Below, piece after piece: positions 8,603-19,590 of a stretch of DNA of 64,000 bases. Numbering within the stretch: position 1 is the stretch's first letter; every line of letters begins with the position of its first letter. The position numbers and the translations under genes were made by a program. Below the pieces are notes generated by a model. It worked only from the letters and a program-made list of their open reading frames with translations. It made no database searches and had not been told where the DNA came from. Source of the DNA: Dehalococcoidia bacterium (GTDB lineage Bacteria > Chloroflexota > Dehalococcoidia > Lucifugimonadales > QGNO01); contig OZ220698.1 of the NCBI GenBank assembly GCA_965116555.1, forward strand, positions 1,240,709 through 1,304,708. The letters are read 5' to 3'.

Positions 8603-9988
8603 ATGACAAATATCAAAGAGCAGACATTCGAAGAAGCCGTTGCCGAGTACCTCCACCGTTCAAGGGAGCTGATAGACAAGGAAGCTAAAGAGCACCTGCC
8701 TCCGCGGCTGCCGTCGCCATTTGACCAGTCGGGACCACCCTACCAAGCTGTGCTGCGGTTGAACCCCGCTACCGTGCGCAATTACGCCCGGAGCATAGGA
8801 GACCATAATCCGCTGTACACAGACCGGGAGTATGGCAGGCACTCTCCCTACGGTTGCCAGATAGCGCCGGGCACCATCCTCTCACTGATACGATACCCCT
8901 CCGTCCATGGTGCCATGCGGCCCATCGGCTATCCACTGGCCCAATTCATATCGGGGAACGCCTGGGAGTTTTTCGACGCTGTCCGGGTGGGCTCCCAGTT
9001 CCGCTCATCCAAGGTGACCAAAGAGGTGATCGAGAAGAAAGGCTCCCGGGGACGATTGGTGTTGCTCATCTCTGAGGTCACTTTCTCGGATTATCATGGC
9101 GACACCATAGGCAAATGCTACGGTACCCAGATAGCGGTCCCCATGGAGAGCATGGGGACATCCCGCGCCATGAAGGCCGACAACATGGGTCAGAAGCTGC
9201 TATATGAGAGGAAAGTCCAAGAATACACGCCCGAAGATATAGAACAGCTTTTCCAAGGGCTGCGTGACCAGCCGCGTCGGGGAGCGGAACCTCTCTACTG
9301 GGAGGATGTGGAAGTAGGTGACGAGCTAAATCCCCTTCTTCTTCCGCCCTGGACCTTGCGTGATCAGATATGCTCCAATTTCATGAGCTACTGCCTGGTA
9401 AGCGCTGGAGGGACGTCTGTAGGCACTGATGATCCTTCAAAAGAACCGCAAGGAGACGAACTGGCTTTTGAGCCGTCTTTCCGCATGCTGAAGAACTTGC
9501 CAGGAGACTCCCGTACCAACCCTCTGACTCGTTGGCCTTGGAATGCCGACGTCGCACACGACGATGCTATCTTGGCTGGCTACGACGGTCAGCCGGCGCC
9601 CTTTGACCACGGTGTGCAGAGGTTCCAGGTACCCCAACAGCTGTTCACCAACTGGATGGGGGATCACGGCTTCATCCGTCGCATGCAGATAGCTCTCCGC
9701 AAGCCCGTATACGTTGATGACGTTACCAGGTATGAGGGCCAGGTGGTGCATAAGTTCACGGAGGTCCAAGAAGGAGAGGCCGCTGCCGGCCAAGAACCGG
9801 ATAGGGCGAAATATTACGCGGTAGGCATCCGTTATCAAGGTCTCAACCAGTCAGGCGAGGCTCACTCGCAGGGCACCGCTACGGTGTACCTCCCCTCTCG
9901 CCAAGGCGGGCCTGTACAGCTTCCTATTCCCCACCCCTCGCGCCCACCTTACGTGCCATACGAGACCTTCTACCGCGACTGGTACTAG
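8603..9988 (+). CDS. double hot-dog fold MaoC-family (de)hydratase
   Basis: ORF 8519-9988. The preferred start is the ATG at 8603 (GGAGG 8 nt upstream). The N-terminal half has RNYARSIGDHNPLYTD (MaoC/FAS1-type dehydratase N-domain) and the C-terminal half has a second hot-dog-like region. Confidence 0.6.
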   Translation: MTNIKEQTFEEAVAEYLHRSRELIDKEAKEHLPPRLPSPFDQSGPPYQAVLRLNPATVRNYARSIGDHNPLYTDREYGRHSPYGCQIAPGTILSLIRYPSVHGAMRPIGYPLAQFISGNAWEFFDAVRVGSQFRSSKVTKEVIEKKGSRGRLVLLISEVTFSDYHGDTIGKCYGTQIAVPMESMGTSRAMKADNMGQKLLYERKVQEYTPEDIEQLFQGLRDQPRRGAEPLYWEDVEVGDELNPLLLPPWTLRDQICSNFMSYCLVSAGGTSVGTDDPSKEPQGDELAFEPSFRMLKNLPGDSRTNPLTRWPWNADVAHDDAILAGYDGQPAPFDHGVQRFQVPQQLFTNWMGDHGFIRRMQIALRKPVYVDDVTRYEGQVVHKFTEVQEGEAAAGQEPDRAKYYAVGIRYQGLNQSGEAHSQGTATVYLPSRQGGPVQLPIPHPSRPPYVPYETFYRDWY

Positions 9989-10071
9989 GACTTTAGACAA
10001 CAAGTAGAGAGATATGCCTTGGGTCGTATGCCGGAGCGATTGGGAATAATCTCGGTAGGACCCAGTAGACA

Positions 10072-10998
10072 CTAAAGGACTCTGCCCAAGGCCTGGTCCA
10101 GCTCGTCAAAAGTGGCGAAGGACTCGAAACGGGCCGCGATCTTCCGGTTTCGGTCGATTACGAACGACCATTCCGCACTCGGTAGCCGCCACTCCAATAC
10201 AGTGGGAGAGATGCGGGCTCTGCTTAGGTCTCCCTGGATCTCGTCGGGGTTGTCGTATAAGTCAACGTGGATGAAGTTGGCTCGCCCTCTGTATTTGTCC
10301 TTGAGCTGTTGCAGCACCTCTACCTGGGGACCGCAGACGGCGTTTATGCAAAAGGCGGGACTGGCCATCACGACCACTGTAGGCATGCCGGAGTCGATAG
10401 CGTCGGCGATAGTGATCCGATAAAGATCGGGGTCTCGGAGGGAACCAGTGGTGAGCTCGCTCATCTCTTCTACGTCGGCGAGCGTCTTGTTCTCACTTGG
10501 CGGCGCTACCTTTCCCACGTCAGGAGCCGTGGTCACCTCTTCAACCTGAAAGGACAGTTGCGCGGACCGGCTGTGCCCGCTCTCGTCCATCACTGTGACG
10601 TCGATCTGCCATCTACCCGCCGCATCGAATGTAAGCTGGGTTGTATAGCTTCCCCTGATCTCGTACGGCCACGGTCTGAACACAGCCTGAGTCGTCTCTC
10701 CCATGCGGCCAGCTGCATCTCCCTTGGGCAAGTGTCGCGACACCACAGTCGCGTACGGCGCGCGGACCAGGTCCTGCTCCGACTGGAGCACGAAGGCCAT
10801 CCTGTGCGTGCCTACCGCAACGTCCGGGGTACCCAGGATGATCTGTATCCCGTCGTCGGATGGCAACCCCTCTATCAACTCGGCTTCATCCGGGCGTGGC
10901 GACAGATCCGTGCCGGTGGTGTCAGGAGAGGAACCGGAGCACGCGGCTATCAGGACGGTTAAAAACACGGCGGCGGATGCGAGTAGTCTGGAGCGCAT
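10072..10998 (-). CDS. lipoprotein with an N-terminal Ig-like (YtkA/FixH-like) region and a C-terminal thioredoxin-fold domain
   Basis: 308 aa. Lipobox LIAACSG. The C-terminal region VVVMASPAFCINAVCGPQVEVLQQLK has the look of a thioredoxin-like fold with a CxxxxC pair. Sits next to a TlpA-like gene. Confidence 0.4.
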   Translation of the reverse strand: MRSRLLASAAVFLTVLIAACSGSSPDTTGTDLSPRPDEAELIEGLPSDDGIQIILGTPDVAVGTHRMAFVLQSEQDLVRAPYATVVSRHLPKGDAAGRMGETTQAVFRPWPYEIRGSYTTQLTFDAAGRWQIDVTVMDESGHSRSAQLSFQVEEVTTAPDVGKVAPPSENKTLADVEEMSELTTGSLRDPDLYRITIADAIDSGMPTVVVMASPAFCINAVCGPQVEVLQQLKDKYRGRANFIHVDLYDNPDEIQGDLSRARISPTVLEWRLPSAEWSFVIDRNRKIAARFESFATFDELDQALGRVL

Positions 10999-11078
10999 CG
11001 TAATCCCAACGGGCTATCTATCGGTGTAGCATGCACCGACGAGCAAGGCAAAAAGCTCCACATCGCCCCAATTCAAGC

Positions 11079-11681
11079 TCAAGCCGACCCCGTCTCTTCT
11101 AGCAGGTCGCGGATCCACTGCTCCGTCTCCTCGTAGCGCCCCTCTCCTATGTGGACAAATCTGATATAGCCGTCCTTGTCTATCAAGTACTTTGTGGGCC
11201 AGTAGCGGTTGCTGAACGCCCTCCATGTACTGAATTCGTTGTCTTGGACAATGGGATAGAGGAGGCCATGTTCCTTAACTGCTTCTTGCACGTTTTCGAT
11301 GTCCTTTTCAAAGTTGAACTCAGGCGCGTGGACGCCCAGGATCACCAACCCGGAGTCAGCATACTTCTCGTGCCACGACTTAAGGTAGGGCAGCGTGCGC
11401 TTGCAGTTGATGCAACTGAATGTCCAGAAGTCGACCAAGACGACCTCTCCGCGCCGGCTTGCCAGCGTGAACGGCTCCGAGTTGATCCAAGCGCCGGTGC
11501 CTATCAGCTCAGGAGCCAGCGGTTCGTCGCCGGCACGGCGTTCCTTGGCGGGGACGGATACCGGGGTAGGAGTCTGAGACAACGTAACCGCATCATCTTC
11601 CCTGGCGGAACTACAGGAGACAACCAACGTTAACAGGAGTGTCGACACGGCTGCAGCTATCGCGATCGATGTGATTCTCAT
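11079..11681 (-). CDS. TlpA/ResA-type thiol-disulfide oxidoreductase lipoprotein (redoxin family)
   Basis: 200 aa. Lipobox LVVSCSS. Active-site motif WTFSCINCKRTLP (CxxC). Confidence 0.8.
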   Translation of the reverse strand: MRITSIAIAAAVSTLLLTLVVSCSSAREDDAVTLSQTPTPVSVPAKERRAGDEPLAPELIGTGAWINSEPFTLASRRGEVVLVDFWTFSCINCKRTLPYLKSWHEKYADSGLVILGVHAPEFNFEKDIENVQEAVKEHGLLYPIVQDNEFSTWRAFSNRYWPTKYLIDKDGYIRFVHIGEGRYEETEQWIRDLLEETGSA

Positions 11682-11802
11682 GTTGCCTCCACAGTGACGG
11701 TCAAGGTCGACATAAGAGAACCGTCCCGTTCTTGAAGGGCCTCTACAATTGATTGTACAGCATTAACAGCTACCTACGGACCATCTCGGCGTGCAATCCA
11801 TG

Positions 11803-13065
11803 TTAGGGAGTAGATGTGCCTTCCGGGGACGAAGTGAGGCCGCCAAGCGGTTCGCTCTCATAGAGCGCATACCCGGCTGTGTGCAGCTTTTCCCGTACTT
11901 CCATAGAGTGAGCTAGGTTCCTGGTCTCCAACGTAAGTTGTATCTCTACTTGGCCCAAGTGCACCGACGCGGCGTGCCTGAGATGCCCTATGTCCAAGAC
12001 ATTCACGTCGGTGCTGGACACAATGTTCAGCAGGCGGCTCAGTTGACCCGGACGGTCCTCCACCGTAACGCGAAACACCAGGTAACGGCCTGCGTGGGCC
12101 AGCCCGTGCTCCACGACACGCGCTATCAGGTGAGGGTCCACGTTACCGCCGCTAAGTACCACCCCCACCCTCTTGCCGGCAACCTGGATTTTGCCTCCCA
12201 GCACGGCGGCAAGTCCCACCGCGCCGGCCCCTTCCACTAGCAGCTTGTCTCTCTCCAGGAGTAGCATCATGGCCTGTGTGATCTCTTCCTCCACTACCGT
12301 GACCATGTCGTCAACGTAGCGTGAAACAAGAGGAAGGGTGATCCTGCCCGGCGATCCCACGGCAATGCCGTCTGCCACGGTGGCCCGCCCCTTAACCGTG
12401 ATGCGCCGGTTGGTCTTGTAGGAGTCTACGACCGCGGTGGCTGCCTCGGTCTGCACTCCTACAACCTTGATGCCAGGCGCCGTCTCCTTTATGGCCAAGC
12501 CGATACCGGATATCAAACCTCCCCCTCCCACCGGCACCACAACCATGTCCAGACCCTCTGCCTGCTCAAGCATTTCCAGGCCAATGGTTCCCTGCCCCGC
12601 TACGATTGCCGGATCGTCGAAGGCGTGGATGAGAGATAACTTGTTTTCCCGCATAACCCGCCGGGCGTGTCTCTGGGCCTGGTCGAAGTCACCGCCTTGG
12701 AGAAGTACCGTCGCGCCGTATCCTCGTGTAGCCTCCACCTTCGGGATGGAAGCACCGGTGGGCATCACGATGGTGCAGGGTATGCCAAGATTGGCAGCGG
12801 CCAGCGCAACTCCCTGGGCGTGGTTTCCGGCACTGGCGGCAATCACGCCCCTTGCCTTCTGCTCAGGAGTCAATGTGGCTATCTTGTTGGCAGCGCCCCT
12901 GACCTTGAAGGAACCTGCTCTCTGTAGGCTCTCGGCTTTAAGAAAAATCTCACACCCAGCTATTTGACCCAGAGAGAGCGCGGGCAGTACTGGCGTCCTA
13001 AGCGCCAGATGAGCAATAGCGTTTCGGGCTCGCTGCACGTCCTGCAGGGTTACGGAGAGCCTCAT
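11803..13065 (-). CDS. ilvA: threonine ammonia-lyase (PLP-dependent threonine dehydratase) with a C-terminal ACT-like domain
   Basis: ORF to 13095. The preferred start is the ATG at 13063-13065 (AAGGAGG 8 nt upstream). Contains the PLP-lysine motif SFKVRGA and the glycine loop GGGGLISG. Confidence 0.8.
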   Translation of the reverse strand: MRLSVTLQDVQRARNAIAHLALRTPVLPALSLGQIAGCEIFLKAESLQRAGSFKVRGAANKIATLTPEQKARGVIAASAGNHAQGVALAAANLGIPCTIVMPTGASIPKVEATRGYGATVLLQGGDFDQAQRHARRVMRENKLSLIHAFDDPAIVAGQGTIGLEMLEQAEGLDMVVVPVGGGGLISGIGLAIKETAPGIKVVGVQTEAATAVVDSYKTNRRITVKGRATVADGIAVGSPGRITLPLVSRYVDDMVTVVEEEITQAMMLLLERDKLLVEGAGAVGLAAVLGGKIQVAGKRVGVVLSGGNVDPHLIARVVEHGLAHAGRYLVFRVTVEDRPGQLSRLLNIVSSTDVNVLDIGHLRHAASVHLGQVEIQLTLETRNLAHSMEVREKLHTAGYALYESEPLGGLTSSPEGTSTP

Positions 13066-13181
13066 ATTCTCGACCTCCTTGAAGAGAACCCACAAGAAAA
13101 TGACCGACGCATCCCACAGATATACATCATCCAGAATAGTATATCCGACGGAACGGCCAGCGAGGGCAAGAATCCGCTCCG

Positions 13182-15125
13182 CTAAGCGGTTGGCAGGTTC
13201 TCGATCTCCACAGGCGCCACCGCATCGGCTAGGTCAAAGCCGAAGACCCGCGAGTAGAAGTAGGACTCAGCATCTAGCGTCCTCTTGATGTTCTCGGCGC
13301 GTCGGAAGCCGTGCTGCTCGCCCTCAAACGGTAGATAGGCTACGGGAATCCTCTTCTCACGCAGCGCGTCGCGCATCATCTCAGACTGGTTCGGGGGTAC
13401 TACCTTATCCTCCAGGCCCTGGAACAGGATGAGCGGCGCGGAGAGCCGGTCCACGTGATGGATGGGAGAACGTTCCAGGTATATGTCCCGACGTTCCGGA
13501 TACGGCCCGACCAGCGTGTCCAGATACCGCGATTCGAACTTGTGGGTGTCCAGTGTGAGAGCCTCCAGGTCACTGACGCCGTAGAGGCTGGCCCCGGCTC
13601 GGAAGACGTCGTGGAAGGTTAGCGCGCTCAGTGTCGTGTAGCCGCCGGCGCTCCCTCCCCTGATTGCCATGCGGTTGCCATCCACATCGCCGCGTTCGGC
13701 CAGGAACCGGGCTCCGTTGACGCAGTCTTCCACATCGACAATGCCCCACCTGCCGTTGAGACGCCGCCGGTAGTCAGTGCCGTAACCGGTGCTGCCGCCG
13801 TAGTTGACGTCCAGCACCGCGAAGCCGCGGCTCGTCCAGAACTGGGTACGAAGATCGAGTGTAGATGAGACGGCAGATGTCGGTCCGCCGTGCACCAAGA
13901 CGACCAGCGGAGGCCGCTCTCCATCCGGAGCCGAGTAGTCCTTGTTCGTCGGCAGGTAGAAGAAGGCGTGGGCCGTGACGCCTCCCCCCGTGGGGAATTC
14001 GATTGGCTCAGGCACCGATAAGTAACCCTCGTCGACGCTGAAGGCGTTCGAGTTGCGCAGCACCTCGGTAGCGCCGCTGCGCAGGTCGTGCGCCATTAGC
14101 GCCGGCGCCATCGTCGGGGAGCCTGCGCCGAACACGACGCGACCCGCCCCAACGAACATTCCTGACCGAGTGACATCGGTAAACGGCGTGGGCACAGTCT
14201 CAAGCTCCAGCCTGTCTGTATAGAGATTGGCGAAGTGCGACGTACCGCCCCTGTTGTAGCTGCAGACGATACGATGCTCGGAGGCAAACCCGTATGTGGA
14301 TATGGCCAGTCCCCACTGTGGAACCCCAAACTCCGCATCCATCTCGCAGAGGGGCTCTACCCTATCTTCCCGCCACCGGTAGAGGTTCCACCAGCCGCTC
14401 CTATCCGAGACAAAGTGGAGCACCCCCTGCGGAGACCACTCCGGTTGGTTGATGGCCTCGCCGTCTCCTCCGGCCACCTTCTGCGCATCCCCAAGAGAGC
14501 CGTCCTCCCTTACCTCGGCGACCCACAGGTCGCTGCCGTCCCACGGCATGTTTGGATGGTCCCACGAGAACCAGGCCAGCCGCGACCCGTCCGGAGACAG
14601 CCGGGGAGAGGCGTAGAAGTCGTGGCCCGATAGGAGCACGGAGCCAGTATCCATCCCGTCCAGGCTTACGCCAACGATCGTGGTGATCGCCTCCCCTTCT
14701 CCTCTGTGGTCCTCCCGGACGCATATGATGCGAGCCCGATTGCTGTCCATGACGCCGTCGGCGTAGCGCACGGCTGCCTCCGGCGTGATGGGATCCGGTT
14801 CCTGGCCCGGTTGCTGTCGATACAGCCGCTGGTCCTCGAAGTTGGAGAAGTAGACGACGCCGTCGGACACGATAAAGGCGCCGCCTCCGTACTCGTGCAC
14901 CCGGGTACGGACGTTGAAGGGCTGCGGTGTGACGTCAGCCGTCTCCCCGTCAGACCTGCGTCGTACCACGACGTTCCTGCCGCCCTCCGAAGGCCGCATC
15001 TCTGTCCAGTAGATATCATCCCCATCCAGCCGGATTTCTCCGATGCCTATCGACTCCGCGACGATCACGTCGGATGTGATAGGCGATCTCCAAGAACCGT
15101 ACGGCGACACCTTGCGGGAGTTCAT
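13182..15125 (-). CDS. S9-family serine peptidase (prolyl oligopeptidase / acylaminoacyl-peptidase type)
   Basis: 647 aa. An N-terminal beta-propeller-like half is followed by an alpha/beta hydrolase domain with the nucleophile motif GGSAGGY and a C-terminal EGEQHGF His. Confidence 0.85.
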   Translation of the reverse strand: MNSRKVSPYGSWRSPITSDVIVAESIGIGEIRLDGDDIYWTEMRPSEGGRNVVVRRRSDGETADVTPQPFNVRTRVHEYGGGAFIVSDGVVYFSNFEDQRLYRQQPGQEPDPITPEAAVRYADGVMDSNRARIICVREDHRGEGEAITTIVGVSLDGMDTGSVLLSGHDFYASPRLSPDGSRLAWFSWDHPNMPWDGSDLWVAEVREDGSLGDAQKVAGGDGEAINQPEWSPQGVLHFVSDRSGWWNLYRWREDRVEPLCEMDAEFGVPQWGLAISTYGFASEHRIVCSYNRGGTSHFANLYTDRLELETVPTPFTDVTRSGMFVGAGRVVFGAGSPTMAPALMAHDLRSGATEVLRNSNAFSVDEGYLSVPEPIEFPTGGGVTAHAFFYLPTNKDYSAPDGERPPLVVLVHGGPTSAVSSTLDLRTQFWTSRGFAVLDVNYGGSTGYGTDYRRRLNGRWGIVDVEDCVNGARFLAERGDVDGNRMAIRGGSAGGYTTLSALTFHDVFRAGASLYGVSDLEALTLDTHKFESRYLDTLVGPYPERRDIYLERSPIHHVDRLSAPLILFQGLEDKVVPPNQSEMMRDALREKRIPVAYLPFEGEQHGFRRAENIKRTLDAESYFYSRVFGFDLADAVAPVEIENLPTA

Positions 15126-15246
15126 TGATTGGTCTCCATTGGGATGTGATTTCCCTTCCGGCTACCCTTGGAGTCCAACGGCGGCCCAGACGAGATGGCG
15201 ACAATCGTAAAGTTGCCTTGCTATCCCGGTCAATCCCCAGGAATCT

Positions 15247-16029
15247 CTAACGGCAGACTTCCACGGTATGGCCGCTGTCCATCCATTCCGCGTAGGAGCC
15301 GTCGTAGAGACGAACGTTGTACCCGGCATGTTGCATGGACAGGTAAGCCAGCGAAGCTCGGACTCCAGTGCGGCAGTAGGCCACGACTGGATCACTTGGA
15401 GTGATGCCTGCTGCTGCCAGCCTCCGACGCAGAAGGTCCGGCTCAATGAGCAGTTTTCCATCAGCGCCGGCCATTTCGGAGTGGGGAAGGTTGACAGCGC
15501 CGGGAATGTGCCCGGGACGGTGGTCAATTTCCGTTTCGCCGCGGAATTCCTCCGGAGAGCGCGTATCCAGAAGTCTCGTATCGCCGGGGTTGATGAGGTC
15601 ATCGATAGTAGCCCTCACCGAGGGGTTCAAGCGCGGCGACAAGGACTTTGGCTCCGTGGAGACAGGCCGATACAGTACCTCCCTACCCTGCTCCTTCCAG
15701 GCATCGTAGAGTAGGTCCATGATGTAAACGTCGCTAAGGCCCAGGTACTCCAATACCCAAGCCGCCATGGAGGCGTTGATTCCATCCCGATGGTCGTAAA
15801 GCACAGGGGTTACGCCGTCGCCTAGCCCCGCTTCACCAAAAGCTGCGGCAAGCTGGTCCGGCTGATAGAGACGACCGTTCGGGCCTTGCAGTTTCTTTAA
15901 GGGGACGTTGACTGCGCCTCTCAAATGGCCCATCAAGTAGCGCATGGCGGAACGAGGGTCAATTATCAGGTATCCAGGCTGTCCAATACGGTCAGAGACC
16001 CAATCCGCCGAAACGAAGTGGACCATCAA
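15247..16029 (-). CDS. tandem-rhodanese sulfurtransferase (thiosulfate/3-mercaptopyruvate type)
   Basis: 260 aa with two rhodanese domains. Active-site loop AYCRTGVRAS. Its start overlaps the stop of the upstream OsmC-like gene (ATGA at 16026-16029). Confidence 0.85.
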   Translation of the reverse strand: MMVHFVSADWVSDRIGQPGYLIIDPRSAMRYLMGHLRGAVNVPLKKLQGPNGRLYQPDQLAAAFGEAGLGDGVTPVLYDHRDGINASMAAWVLEYLGLSDVYIMDLLYDAWKEQGREVLYRPVSTEPKSLSPRLNPSVRATIDDLINPGDTRLLDTRSPEEFRGETEIDHRPGHIPGAVNLPHSEMAGADGKLLIEPDLLRRRLAAAGITPSDPVVAYCRTGVRASLAYLSMQHAGYNVRLYDGSYAEWMDSGHTVEVCR

Positions 16030-16562
16030 CCAACCATTTCAAAGTCGGTTTCGACCGAGGTTGGGTTGGCCACCGACTGTGTGACCGGAGAGCCCTCCAC
16101 CGCCAAGCGCCAGATATCCCGCAGAGTTTCCTCGTCAGCGTCGGCGCTCACGAAGCACTTGGCCGAAATCCTGCCGTAACCCGGGTTTCCCTCGTCCTCA
16201 ACACCGGCCCACTTGCGGATGTTGTCAAAATACCCTTCGACCGCTATCTCCAAGTCATTGATGCGGACTCCCTGCTTGGTAGCGTTCACCACAAAGCCCA
16301 CGGTCATGCAGCTACCGATAGCCGAAAGCAGCTGCTCGTGAGCGCTGGCGGCCACATCCGTGGCGGTCAGGTCTCCCGGTTCGTCCATGTCAACTTGGTG
16401 GTTTCGCATGAAGGCCCGGGCCCGCATTCCGTCCTGCCAGACCACGCGCGACTTCCAAGGCCCGGTTACCGCCTCGAAAACCTCCGGGTTCCGAAAGGAA
16501 TCCAGAACTTCAGTCAGTTTCTCCCTAGGCAGTCCGTTAAGGTTTCTCTCTTCAGCCATCAT
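16026..16562 (-). CDS. OsmC/Ohr-family protein
   Basis: 178 aa. OsmC-like core LLSAIGSCMTVGFVVNATKQGV. Translationally coupled to the rhodanese gene. Confidence 0.65.
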   Translation of the reverse strand: MMAEERNLNGLPREKLTEVLDSFRNPEVFEAVTGPWKSRVVWQDGMRARAFMRNHQVDMDEPGDLTATDVAASAHEQLLSAIGSCMTVGFVVNATKQGVRINDLEIAVEGYFDNIRKWAGVEDEGNPGYGRISAKCFVSADADEETLRDIWRLAVEGSPVTQSVANPTSVETDFEMVG

Positions 16563-16623
16563 CTACTCCTTAATTTCAACTTAATGTCAATCAATCCTAC
16601 TTGGCTAAACTAAACCAATGGTT

Positions 16624-17862
16624 CTATTGATATTCGTCTCTGAGTTGCTCGGCAGCCTGGACAATTGCCAGCATCTTCCGGGAAGCAACCTCATGTGTGT
16701 TGACGTTCCTTTCGGCAAAGGTGCCAAACCCACAGTCAGGGTTGAGGTAGATTTTATCCGGATCAAAGTACTCCAAGAGCTCCTTTACCCTGTCGACAAT
16801 CTGCTCCGGAGGTTCCACCTCGTCGGTTCGGGGGTTCACTACTCCAAAGCCGATCTCTTTCTCATTACTATATTCCTTGAAGACCTCCATCTCGCCGGCC
16901 CTGGGCGTAGCGCATTCCAGCACTAGTTGGTCAATGTTCATCTGGACTAGATAGGGAAGCATCGGCCCGTAGTTGCCCGTGAGCAGCACCTCTTCCTTTC
17001 GGCTCCAGTTGCCGCGGCAGACATGGACCCCGGTCTTGATTCCGGTGATTCCCTCCATGGTCTGGTTCATCAGCCGCACCGCAAACTCAAGCTCGTCGGA
17101 GGGGTCCCGGCGGTTAGGAAGGGCAGCGCACATGAAAGTCTCCGTGCTTTCCTCTCCAAACACCACCTGGCTCAGGATGGGTTCGTCCAACTGAACAAAG
17201 TCGCATCCCTGGTCTCGTAGGGCAATTATCTCTTCACGGAGGATGGCCACAACGTCGGCGGCCAAGTCTTCGGGATCAGGGTACACCTGGTCGGAGAGGC
17301 CCTCGAACCAGCTGGAACGGGTCAACATATAGGGGCCGGGAATAGGTACCTTGATTTGCCGGTCAGTGTGTTCTCGCATGAAGGCCAGTTCATCAAGGGC
17401 CAGGCCATGGCGCATCTCAAGGCGGTCAACCACTATGGCGCTCTTGATGGCAAAGGACGGCACGTCAAGCGCCCGCAACACCTCCTCCATCCTGGCTCTG
17501 TCCTGCGAGTGATTCAACAACTCGGAGACCTTCATCAGTTGCATGCCGGTCAGCTTGTCCACGGTGAAGGAATAGAAGTTATCCCGGCGTTGCTCTCCGT
17601 CGCTTATGATGTCTACTCCCGCCTCTTCCTGCGCACGGATGCAGGCCAGCACTTCGCCGTCAGCCACGGCGTTGAAATCATCCGGTGTCATTTCGCCGGC
17701 TTGCCTTCGCCGCAGGGCCCGCACCAGCTCAGTGGAACGGGGCCAGCTTCCAACGACAGTTACTGGGAACAATGGAGCGTTCACTATTTGAGTTCCTCCG
17801 GATTGGGCGCTAAGAAAGTCTGAAGCCCGATGTAGTGTATCCCAATATGGAATCCAGGACAA
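16624..17862 (-). CDS. cobalamin-independent methionine synthase catalytic-domain family protein (MetE C-terminal-like)
   Basis: 412 aa. Contains VVGSWPRS near the N-terminus and the Zn-ligand region LNPDCGFGTF near the C-terminus. Confidence 0.7.
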   Translation of the reverse strand: MSWIPYWDTLHRASDFLSAQSGGTQIVNAPLFPVTVVGSWPRSTELVRALRRRQAGEMTPDDFNAVADGEVLACIRAQEEAGVDIISDGEQRRDNFYSFTVDKLTGMQLMKVSELLNHSQDRARMEEVLRALDVPSFAIKSAIVVDRLEMRHGLALDELAFMREHTDRQIKVPIPGPYMLTRSSWFEGLSDQVYPDPEDLAADVVAILREEIIALRDQGCDFVQLDEPILSQVVFGEESTETFMCAALPNRRDPSDELEFAVRLMNQTMEGITGIKTGVHVCRGNWSRKEEVLLTGNYGPMLPYLVQMNIDQLVLECATPRAGEMEVFKEYSNEKEIGFGVVNPRTDEVEPPEQIVDRVKELLEYFDPDKIYLNPDCGFGTFAERNVNTHEVASRKMLAIVQAAEQLRDEYQ

Positions 17863-17908
17863 ATTGGGTAACTATGCGGCTCAAGAAGGCAGTAATAGAC
17901 GTTATCAT

Positions 17909-19339
17909 TCAGCGGCCAAGGTGCCGGAGGGCGGCCCGTGCGGCAAAGTAACCGCACATGCCGTGCACGCCGCCGCCGGGCGGCGTCGACGAGGAGCAGA
18001 TGAACAGTTTGGTCGACGGGATGGCGTAGGGACTGAGCATACGGACAGGACGGGAGAAGAGCTGGCCTATATCCTGAACTCCACCGTTGATGTCGCCGCC
18101 AACGTAGTTCGGATTGTACTCCTCCAAGGCTGACGGAGGCCGGATGCTCCTCTTCAGGATACGCTCGCGGAAGCCCGGAGCGAAACGTTCCACCTGCGCC
18201 TCGACCCTGTCTGACATATCGAAGTCGGAGCCGTTGGGGACATGACAGTAGGCCCACGCCGTGTGCATACCATCAGGAGCCCGGGACGGATCGAAGAGGC
18301 TCGGCTGGGAAAACAGCACGAATGGCTGTTCCGGATGACGGCCAAGCCATACCTCGCGCTCGCCGTGGGCTATCTCGGCCATCGTGCCCCCCAGGTGGAC
18401 GGTGCCGGCCCGCGCGCACTCCTCGGCCCTCCAGGGTACCGGCCCGCTCAGTGCCCAGTCCATCTTGAAAGTCCCCGGTCCGTAGCGATACCCCTCCAGC
18501 CTGCGTCGGAAGCGACCCGGAAGGCGGTGTCCGGCGATCCTGACAATCTGCCTGGGCGTAACATCGAGGAGGACGACCTCTGCAGCGGGCATGTCCTCCA
18601 GCCTCTCCACCCATATGCCTGTTCCTATCCGACCACCAAGAGAGGTCAGATGAGACGCCAAAGCCTCCGATATGCGCTGGGACCCGCCTCGCGGCAGCGG
18701 CCAGCCGACGGCGTGACCGCTTGCACCCAGAACAAGGCCCGCCGCGGCGCTTGGAGGTCGTTCCAGAGGCAGTGTCGAATGTGCTGCCATTCCCGCAAAC
18801 AGAGCCCTAGCACGTTCGCCCTTGAAGCGTGCCCGTGCCACCGACAGCGCAGACCGCAGTCCACGGAGACCAAAACGGGCGGTCACCATCGGGTGACGCG
18901 GTACTCTAAATGGCCCCAGGATGTCTGTCGCAAGCTTTTGCCAGTCCCTTACCAGTGGGCTAAACAGGCTGCTATACGACGCCGCATCGTCCCCCAGGCC
19001 GTCTGCGGTCGCCTCAACCGAGCGTTCCAACATTACCGCCGTACCGTCGTCCAGCGGATGTGCCAGTGGCGCGGGAGGCTGCACCCAGTCTAGGCCGTGG
19101 TCGGACAGCGGCAACGTGCTTAAGAAGGGCGAGCCCACTGCCAGTGGATGGATGGCCGAGCATACGTCATGGAGGAATCCCGGCAGGGTCAGGGCGGCGG
19201 ACCGGGCGCCCCCTCCAACCGTGTCTCTTCCCTCCACTACCATGACCTTGCGACCCGTCTGCGCGATGGCTATTCCGGCCGACAGGCCGTTTGGTCCCGC
19301 GCCTACCACAAGGGCGTCGTATCTACCTGTCGTTGACAC
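17909..19339 (-). CDS. FAD-dependent oxidoreductase, phytoene-desaturase (CrtI-like) family
   Basis: 476 aa. N-terminal dinucleotide-binding motif YDALVVGAGPNGLSAG. Confidence 0.7.
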   Translation of the reverse strand: MSTTGRYDALVVGAGPNGLSAGIAIAQTGRKVMVVEGRDTVGGGARSAALTLPGFLHDVCSAIHPLAVGSPFLSTLPLSDHGLDWVQPPAPLAHPLDDGTAVMLERSVEATADGLGDDAASYSSLFSPLVRDWQKLATDILGPFRVPRHPMVTARFGLRGLRSALSVARARFKGERARALFAGMAAHSTLPLERPPSAAAGLVLGASGHAVGWPLPRGGSQRISEALASHLTSLGGRIGTGIWVERLEDMPAAEVVLLDVTPRQIVRIAGHRLPGRFRRRLEGYRYGPGTFKMDWALSGPVPWRAEECARAGTVHLGGTMAEIAHGEREVWLGRHPEQPFVLFSQPSLFDPSRAPDGMHTAWAYCHVPNGSDFDMSDRVEAQVERFAPGFRERILKRSIRPPSALEEYNPNYVGGDINGGVQDIGQLFSRPVRMLSPYAIPSTKLFICSSSTPPGGGVHGMCGYFAARAALRHLGR

Positions 19340-19499
19340 TGAACTCTCACCTCTCGATCAATCGCCGTCTTAGCCTAGCCGTGTCTACGCAGCTACCTCA
19401 TCTATAGTTCGCTAGCCACTGCAATACTATGGCATGGCATATGCTGCGTACAGCGTGAACCCACGGTGGCTACCGCAGCACGTCATCCTCAACCCGCCC

Positions 19500-19528
19500 T
19501 TGACAGGCCAAACACACCAAACTATGCT
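19500..19528 (+). promoter_or_regulatory. candidate sigma70-type promoter for the betaine transporter operon
   Basis: TTGACA (19500-19505), 17-nt spacer, TATGCT (19523-19528), about 60 nt upstream of the ORF start. Confidence 0.5.
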
Positions 19529-19590
19529 GAGCGGGATTTCCCAAGACACAACTTCTTTTCCATTCTGAATCTGCCGACAGTAGCGGTTAT

